Part shown: piece by piece, positions 10,801 to 19,800 of the stretch | How positions within the stretch are numbered: the stretch's first letter is position 1 | Layout: each line of letters starts with the position of its first letter | Assembly (NCBI GenBank): GCA_964513235.1 | Contig: CAZEMI010000295.1 | Location: 2,390 to 66,389, forward strand | Direction: 5' to 3' | DNA length: 64,000 nt | Origin: an uncultured Acidobacterium sp. | GTDB lineage: Bacteria; Acidobacteriota; Vicinamibacteria; Vicinamibacterales; UBA2999 | The notes under the pieces: generated by a model | Database searches by the model: none | What the model was told of the DNA's origin: nothing | The model's input: only the letters and a program-made list of their open reading frames with translations | Translations under genes and position numbers: made by a program

Positions 10801-13800
10801 CGACGTTGAGGACCTGGTCGATCGCCCGTACCTGGAAGGTGTGGGCCCCTTCGGACAGCTGGACGTACTCGACCGGCGAGCTGCAGCCCGCGTAGGGCAA
10901 GCCATCGAGCGAGCACTCGAAGGTCGCCGCCTCGTCCGCCACGAACGCAAACTCGGCCGACGATGCGACCGTCAGTGCCGCGGGACGGCTCACGATGGTG
11001 GTGTTCGGTGCGATCCGTTCCGCCGGATCCATCGTCCACGAGTAGGTGGCGGGCGTCGTATCGGGGCCGAGCGTCGTGTGGATCGCGCGCACCTCGAGCG
11101 TGTGCGGTCCCGGCTGCAGGCTGCCGAGCTCCTCGGTGTAGTAGAGCGGCGTCCCGTTCGGGCCGAGCACCGCCGCTCCGCAAGACTCCGGCGCGCCGCC
11201 GTCGAGCGTGCACTCGAAGGTCACTTCGGTGCTGTTCGACGAGAACGTGAAGGCCGCTTCCGAGCTGGCTGTCACCGCCGGCGGACCAGACAGAATGATC
11301 GTGTCGGGCGGTCCACTGAGGGCATCGACGAACCAGGTGTAGGACTCAGGCGTCGCGTCGACGTTCCCCAGCGCGTCGGTCGCCCGCACGGCGAAGGTAT
11401 GGCTGCCGACGGCGAGGCCGGTGTAGGTGGCCGGCGAGAAGCACTCGGCGAACGGAGCGCCGTCGAGCGAGCATTCGAACGTCGCGAGCGGCTCCGGTTC
11501 CCCGGTCACCCCATCGAACGCCGAGAACTCGAACGTGGCATCCGCCAGCTCCGTGAGCGCCGCCGGACCGTTGTCCAGCGACGTCCGCGGCGCCGCCAGG
11601 TCGGGCGACACGATGTCCCAGTTGTAGTCGGCAGGCGTCGGATCGGTGATGCCGGCCGGACTGGTGGCGCGCACCTGGAACTCGTAGGTGCCGGGCAGCA
11701 AGCCGACGTACAGGTGCGGCGAGCTGCAGGGCGTCCACTGCCCGAATTCAACGAGCTGCGTCACCGGATTCAGAATGCCGATGATGCAGGCGAAGGTCGC
11801 GCCGGCGGTGTCCGACGAGAACGAGAACGCCGCGGTGGTCGAGGTGGTGTTCTCGAGGGCGCCAAGCTGCGTCGGCCCGAGATCGAGCGGACCGAGGTCG
11901 ATGGTCGTCTCCGGCGCGGCGCCGGGTCCGGCGATCGTCCAGGTATAGCTGGCCGGCGTCGGATCGGGGTTGCCGGACCAGTCAACCGCATACACCGTGA
12001 AGGTGTGCGTGCCCGTCACCAGATCCTGGTAGTTGAGCGGCGCGATGCAGGTATTCGGGATCGCCCCGTCCAGCGCGCACTGGAACGTCGCGTTCGGCTC
12101 GGTGGCGCTGAACACGAAGGTCGCGCGCGACGAGCCGGTGACGAGCGTCGGTCCGGTCGTGATGATGGTGTCGGGCGCCGTGACGTCGGTACCTTCCACC
12201 ATCCACTGGTAGCTCACCGGTTCGCCGGCGTTACCCGCGGCATCAGCCGCGCGCACCGCGAACACGTGCGGGCCAGCGACCAGGTCGAGATACGTCGCCG
12301 GCGACGTGCAGGTCACGAACGGCCCGCCGTCAATCGAGCAGCCGAAACTGGCGCCCGCCTGGTCGGCCGAGAAGGTGAATGTGGCCGTCGCGTCGGCGGT
12401 CGTTGGCGCCGGCGCCGATTCGATGACCGCCACGGGCGCGACAAAGAGGATCCACGGGTAAGTCGCGGGCGTCGGGTCGGCGTTGAGCGCCTGGTCCACG
12501 GCGCGGACCTGGAGCGTGTGCGTTCCGACGCCGGCCACCGTGACGCTGAGCGGCGACGCGCAGGGCGCGAACGCCGCGCCGTCCACGGCGCATTCGAACG
12601 TCAGGAGCAGCGCGGGCGTCGCGTTGCCGTCGTTGCCGGCGAACGTGAACTCCACCGTCGCGTCCAGGGTCCCGCTGGCCGGCGGGCCTGTGACGATCGC
12701 CGTCTCTGGCGCCGTCGTATCCGCGGCGTAGGTCCACGTGTGAGTGGCCGGCGTCGGATCGATGTTGTCGGTCGGCGTTTGCGTTCCCGTGCCGCCCAGT
12801 CCCTCGTCGATCGCCCGCACCTCGAACGTGTGCTGGCCGGGCGCAATCAGCGGGAAGGCCTCGAACAGGTTGAACGGGCTGATGCAGCTCACCCAGGCGG
12901 TGTTCAGCGTGCTGTCCAGCCGGCACTCATAGAGCAGCCGGACGGTCGGCGTCATGTTGTCCGTCCCGGTGAACTGGAACATCACATCGCTGGTGTTGTT
13001 CACCGGCACCACCGTCATGATCGTCTCAGGCGGCGCCGTGTCGAGCGACGGGACGACGTCCCAGCCGTATTCGATGGGCTCGACCGACGTGTTGCCGTTC
13101 GCATCGGTCGCGATGATGCGGAACAGGTGCGCGCCGGGCCCCAGGCCCGTGTAGGTCACACCCGACACGCACGGCAGGAACGGCTGCAGGTCGATCGAGC
13201 ATTCGAACGTCGCGCCCGGCACGCTGGCCGTGAACGTGAACATGGCCACCGGGCTGTCGGTCTCGCCACCAGTGGGGAACTCCGCCGGGTCGGTCGGCGC
13301 GATGTACGCCGGGCCCGACGTGATCGTCGTCCAGATGCCCAGGATCGACCACTCGTAGGTCGCCGGCGTCGGGTCGACGTTGCCTTCCAGATCGATGGCG
13401 CGCACCTGGAACACGTGCGGACCGATCTCATGCTCCAGGAACTGGAACAGGGCGCCGGCCGTGGACGACGGCGGCAGCGACGGGTCGAGGAAGCCGCACG
13501 GCGCGAACGACCCGCCGTCGATCGAGCACTGGAACGTGACGTCGGGCTCGTTGGCCGAGAAGATGAACGTCGCCTCGAAGAGCGGCGACACCACGCCCGG
13601 GCCCGAGATGATCGTCGTGTCGGGCGCCACGCCCGACGGCAACAGCGCGATCGTCCAGGTGTAGCTGGCCGGCGTCGGGTCGATGTTCCCCTGCACGTCG
13701 ATGGCGCGCACCTCGAAGGTGTGCGATCCCTCGCTCAGGTTGCTGAAGATCGTCGGGTTCTCGCAGACCTGCGTCTCCCAGGCCGCCGGATCGGTGCTGT

Positions 13801-16800
13801 CGAAGCGGCACTGATACGTCATCTCCCATGGCGCGTTGACGTCGTCGGTGCCCGTGAACGTGAGCGTTGCGTAGCGGCTGTTGCTCGGGTCGGCCGGATG
13901 CTCGACGATCGTCGTGTCGGGCTGTCCGGGGTGGGTAGTGGCCTCGCACACCACGGTGTAGCACTGCGCCGGCTCGAGATTGCCGGTGGCGCGGTTGCCG
14001 CCGCCGTCGATGTTGGCCACCTCGGCGAAGATCCCCCAGCCGCCGTTGCTGTCGGCCGTGTTCGCGGTGATGGTATGGACCGGCGCCGACACCTGAATGC
14101 CGTCACCGCCATTGCCGCTTGCCGTGTTGCGTTCGATCAGCGTCCCGGCGCCGGCCAGACCCGGAGCGCCGACGGCAATGCCGTCTCCGGTATTGCCGTT
14201 GGCCATGTTGCTGACCAGGACGTTGCTCGCGGAGTTTCCGTCGATGCTGACGCCGTTCCCGGTGGAGTTGCCGGCGATGTTCGACTCCAGCCGGTTGTTG
14301 GACGAATCGACCAGCGTGATGCCCGCCTGGTTGAAGCGCAGATCATTGCCACGCACCAGCGTGTTGTTGGCCTGCTCGAGGCTGACGCCGGCGCCGAGGT
14401 TCTGCTGAATCACGTTGACCGTCACCTGCACGCCATCGGACATGTAGATGTGCACGCCTGCGGCATTGCCCGTCAGCATGTTGCGGTCGATGACGTTGCC
14501 GTTCGAGGTATTCAGGATCTCGACGGCGACGCCCTGGTTGTTCGACACGGTGTTGCCCGTGACGATGTTGTCGCGGGCGAAGTCGAGAACGATGGCCAGG
14601 CCCGTCGAGTCGCTGATGCGGTTGTTCTCGAGCCGGTTGTTGTGTGATCCGGCGACACGGATTCCCTCCCCGAGCCCGGCGGTAATGGTGTTCCGCAGGA
14701 CGAGAGCGTTCTGCGTGCCGTCGAGCAGGGCGATGCCGGTGCCGTTTCCGAAGAGCGAATTGCCACGCACCGTCGCATCATCCGCATCCGACAGGAGGAT
14801 GCCGATCACCGACGTGGACGTCACCTGCAGCGCCGAGACGATGTTGCCGGTGGCGCTGCCGCTCAGGAACACGCCGGTCTCGAATTGCTGGACGCCGGTG
14901 GTGATCTCCGCCGGCACGGGCACCGTGTCGCGCACGCCGCCGCTGACGCTGCCGTCGGTGATCGTCACGTTGTCGAAGCCCGGATTGCGGATCCCGACGC
15001 CGGAGCCGACGCCGTCGACCAAATGGCCGTTGAGGTCCAGCGTGATGCCGTGCGCGCCGATGATCAGGCCGTCGGCCGGACAATCGATCAGGTCATTGAG
15101 CACCAGCGTGCTCTGCGTCAGCACCTGGCCGCAGCTCACCTGGGCCGGCACCGCCGGGATGCCAACGCTCCAGGCGTGGAGCGCGGGCGTCTCATCCGTC
15201 AGCCCCTCGAGATCGGTGGCCGCCACCGCGAACGTGTGCGGCCCCTCAGTCACGGAGTAGGACTGCGGCGACGCGCACGGCGCCAACGCGCTGCCGTCGA
15301 GCGCGCAGGCAAAGGTCGCGCCCGGCTCGTTGGACGTGAAGGTGAACGTCGCCGTGGTGTTGACGGTGCTCGGATCGGGTCCGGAGAGGATGGTCGTCTC
15401 CGGCGCCACGCCCGGCGGCGTAATCGCCCACGTGTAGGTGGCAGGCGTCGGATCGACGTTGCCCTGCTGATCGACAGCGCGCACCTCGAAGGTGTGCGTG
15501 CCCGCCGACAGCCCGGTGTAGGACTGCGGGCTCGTGCACGCCGCGAAGTCGGTGTCGAGCTGGCTGTCGAGACGGCACTGGTAGCTGAGGTCCGTCACGG
15601 GCGTCAGCGCGTCGAGCCCGCTGAAGGCAAAGCTCGCCTCGGTGGTGGTGGTCGGATTCGCGGGTCCGGCGCTGATCATCGTCTCGGGCGTGAGGACGTC
15701 GAGAAGCGCCGTGTTACCGCAGGCGATGTTGTAGCACTGCACCAGATGGCCCGTCGCCGGGTCCACCGGCCCACCGTCGTTGCCAAAGGCGTTGTTGCCG
15801 CCGCCATCGACGTTCCCCAACTCCACCCAGATGCCCCAGCCGAAGTTGTGATCCGCCGTGTTGGCCGTGATGGAGTGGCCGGTGCCGGGCACGTAGATGC
15901 CGTTGCCGGTATTGGAGTAGCTCTGATTGCGCTCGATCACGTTGCCGTTGCCGGCGGCCTGATCGAGAACCTGGATGCCGGACTCGCCGTTGCCGACGGC
16001 GCCGTTGCCAAACACCACGTTGCCGAGCGAGCCGGAGCCCAGCGAGATGCCGGCACCCATGGCGTCGACGGCCTCATTCCCCTCGATGCGGTTGTCGGTC
16101 GAGGCGGACAGCGCGATGCCGACCGAGCTGTAGCGGGTGAGATTGCCGCGCACGAGCGTGGCGGTGGCATTCTCGAGCGAGATACCGGCGCCCGAGACTT
16201 CGTCCACGGTGTTGCTGGTCACCTCGTTGCCCTGCGCCGCCGCTCCGCCGGGCACGCCGGCCACCACGATGCCGCCGGAGCCCGTCAGCACGATGTTGCC
16301 GGTGATGCGGTTGTTGTTCGCCGGATACACGATGACCGCGTCGATCGGATCGACCGTCGAATGCACGGCAATCGCTTCGCCGCTGTTAGCGGTCAGCAGG
16401 TTCGCCGAGACGGTGTTCTGGCTGACGCCCTCCAGGGCGATGCCGGCCCCGCCGGACGTGCTCACCTCGTTGCCGCTGATCGTGTTAGCGGCGCTCCGGC
16501 CTCCGACGTGGATACCGTCGCCACTCGCCGACCCCACGATGTTGCCGGACACGAGGGTGCCCTGCGTGCCGTTCAGCATCGCGATGCCGGTGCCGTTGGC
16601 CACCAGCACGTTGTCGCGGACCGTGTTGCCGTCGGCGTCCGACAGCTCGATGGCCGCCAGCTGGCTGCTAAAGATTCGGAGCGCCGAGACGATCGCGCCC
16701 GACGTGCCTGGCGTCAGCCGCACGCCGAAGTTGAACTCCTGGATCGTGCCGTTGCTGATCGTCACGTAGTCGTACCCTTGCGTGAGGATCCCGGTGCCCG

Positions 16801-19800
16801 ACGAGCCGCGGCCGTCGATCGTGAAGCCGTTGAGATCGACCGTGAGGCCGTCGGCCCCGATCACCAGCCCGTACTCCGGGCACTCGAGCAGATCGTTCTG
16901 CAGGATGACGCTGGTCAGCAGCACCTCGCCGCACGTGACGGTCGCAGCCACTGGCGGCGCGCTGACCTGCCATGTAGCCATCGCCGGCGTCGGATCGAGG
17001 TTGCCCGCGGCGTCGACGGCGCGCACCGCAAAGGTGTGCTGTCCGGGCGCGAGACCGCTGATGGTATGCGGCGAGGTGCAGGACGTCAGCGCGCCGCCGT
17101 CGAGGGAGCACAGGAACATGCTGCCGCTCTCGCTGGACGTGAAGCTGAACGTCGCCGCCGTCGACACCGTGACGGGATCCGGCCGCGCCGTGATGGTCGT
17201 CTCCGGCGCGGTGACGTCGGGCGCACCAAGGACGATGGTCCAGGTGTAGCTGGCCGGCGTCCCGTCGACGTTGCCGCCGAGGTCGAGCGCGCGCACCTGC
17301 ACCGTGTGGGTGCCAATCGACAGGCCGGTATAGGTCACCGGGTTGGTGCACGCCGTAAACGCGCCATCGTCGATACGGCATTCGTACTCCAGTTGATACC
17401 CGGGTGACTCGTTGTCCGACCCGGCGAACGTAATCGTCGCCGTCGTGCTCGAGGTGCCGTCGACCGGGCCGTTCGTGATGACGGTGTCGGGCGGCGCCGT
17501 GTCGAAGACGCCTGGCGTCGTCGGTGACACGGTCCAGGTGTAGGTCGCCGGCTCCCAGTCCACGTTGTGGGCGGGATCCTCGGCGCGCACCTGGAAGGTG
17601 TGCGTCCCGGCGCTCAAACCCTCGAACGCCAACGGACTGACACACGAGACCCAGCCTTCGCTCGGCGGCGGCGACGGCGGCTCGTTCGGATCCTGCGGCG
17701 GCGCCGGCGGATCCGCCGGGGCATCGAGGCGGCACGAGAAGTTCAGCGCCGTCAGCGGCGCGTAGTTGTCGATGCCGGTGAACTCGAATAGCTGCGGCGC
17801 GAGCGTGCTCGCCCCATTCGGCGGCGCGACGGTGATGAAGGTGTCGGGCCGGCCGAGATCGGGTGCGATGAGCGGCACGATCGCCGTGGTCTCGCACACC
17901 ACGCCCAGGCACTGCTCGAGATCCTGGTTGTTGCCGCTGGCACGGTTGCCGCCGCCGTCGATGCTCCCTTCCGCGCTGATGCCGTATAGCGCGTTGTTAT
18001 GGGCGTCGTTGGCCGTCACCGTGTGGCCGAGGCCCTGCACCGAGATGCCCACGCTGAGGTTCTGGTTGGACGTGTTGCCCTCGAGCAGGACGCCCGGGAC
18101 CGGGGTGCCGTTGGCGTCCAGCACCTCGCTCTCGATGGTGATGCCGTCGCCGCCCGTCACGTTCGCGACGTTGCGCAACGCACGGAGGCCGGTGGCGCCG
18201 CCGCCGAACTCGAACCCGCTCTGCGACGAGTGGGTGGCGTCGTTGGCCTCGATCAGGTTGTTGCTCCCGCCGCCCACGGTGACGCCGCTCGGGTTCCACC
18301 GCACGTCGTTGCCGCGCACCAGCGTGTCACGGGACGCCGCCACGTTAATGCCGGAGTCGGACGACCGATGGACGATGTTGTTGATGACATGGTTGCCGTT
18401 CGAATCCTGGATGTAGACGCCCGCGTCGCCGGCGTGGCTCATGGCGTTGCCGTCGATCAGGTTGTTGTGCGACCCGAGCGTCAGGTAGAAGCCGGCGTCG
18501 CCGGTGTGGAACACGCTGTTGCCGCGGAACAGGTTGTTGCGCGAGCCCTCGACGCGGAAGCCGCCGTCGCTGTCGCTCAGCAGCGGATTGGACGTGTAGC
18601 CCGAGATGTGGTTGGACTCGATGCGGTGGCCGCTGACATCCGACATGTACATCGCGAAGCCCGAGTTGCCCTCGAATCGGTTCCTGTAGACCGCGCTGCC
18701 TTCGGATCCGAGCCGCAGACCAAGGGCGTCGGCGTTGCCGACGAAGTAGTTGTCGCGAATCTCGTTGCCAATCCGGCCGTTGTCGGCGTTCACCAGATCG
18801 ACGCCGGCGATGGAATTGCGCGCCAGCGTCAGGAATTCGAGCACGTTGTAGGTGGTGCCGGCCGTCAGGTGGACGCCGGTCCCGAACTCCTGCACCGTGC
18901 CGTTGGTGATCACGACATTCGTGAACCCGCTGTTGCGGATGCCGGCGGGCAGGCCTTCCTCTTGCCCCGCATACACCGCGCCGGGCGGCAGCGGCTGCCC
19001 TGGCACGGGCGCCATGTAGTTGAGGCCGTCGATGGTGTGGCCGCCGAGGTCGAGCATGATGTTCGACGCGCCGATGACAAGACCCTCGGCCGGGCAGTCA
19101 ATCAGGTCGTTGCCGACCAGCGTGCTCTCGGTGATCGTCTGGCCGCAGGCGACGGTCGTCGGCACCGTCGGCGCCGCGGGTCGCGGCGGCGCCGGCGCAT
19201 TGGGATCGGTCGGCGCAAACCGCAGTTGCAGCTGCGGCCCCTGTGGACTGTCGGCAATGGTGTCCTTGGAGCTGAAGACCTGCTCCGCACCTTGCGGGTC
19301 GTTTTCCGCCGCGTCGCGCATGAGGAACCCGTAATTCGGCATGCCGCCGCTGAGCATCGCCGCCACGGCCGCCGTGACGTCCCACTCCTGGAACATCGCG
19401 CCGGAACCCGACGGCTGCCCGTCGTCTCGCGGGCCGACGTTGAACGTCGGGGGCTGGGTGTTCCAGGTCACCTGGTTCTCCTGCCACGGCGCGGCAATCG
19501 GCCTGGCTACGATCAGCCGTCCTTCGGTGCCGCCCTGCGCAAAAAGGCGCAGCGTCGCGGACTGGAGCGCGCACTGCGGCAGATCGGTGGGCAGCTCGAA
19601 GTACACCAGGGCTCGGGCATTGGTCCCACCCGCCTCGGAGCCCTCGGATCGGACGGTCAGGCCGAGATCGATCCCGTAGTTGACAAACGCTTCAAACTCG
19701 TCGACCCACGTGTCGGCGGCCGCCGGCAGCGTCAGGTTGGCGTCTTCGCATGTCGTCGCAGTGAGGATCGTCCAGGTGTAGCGCGCCGGCGACGGATCGA

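Noticed and set aside
8987-14647. Very long plus-strand ORFs (1,886 aa here; also 17999..22624 at 1,541 aa, 14885..17407 at 840 aa, 5492..6982, 7091..8161 and others) antisense to the giant gene.
   Set aside because: The translations are low-complexity Arg/Gly/Asp/Val-rich strings with no motifs. Open antisense frames of this kind are expected in high-GC coding DNA. The minus-strand frame shows clear modular protein structure throughout.
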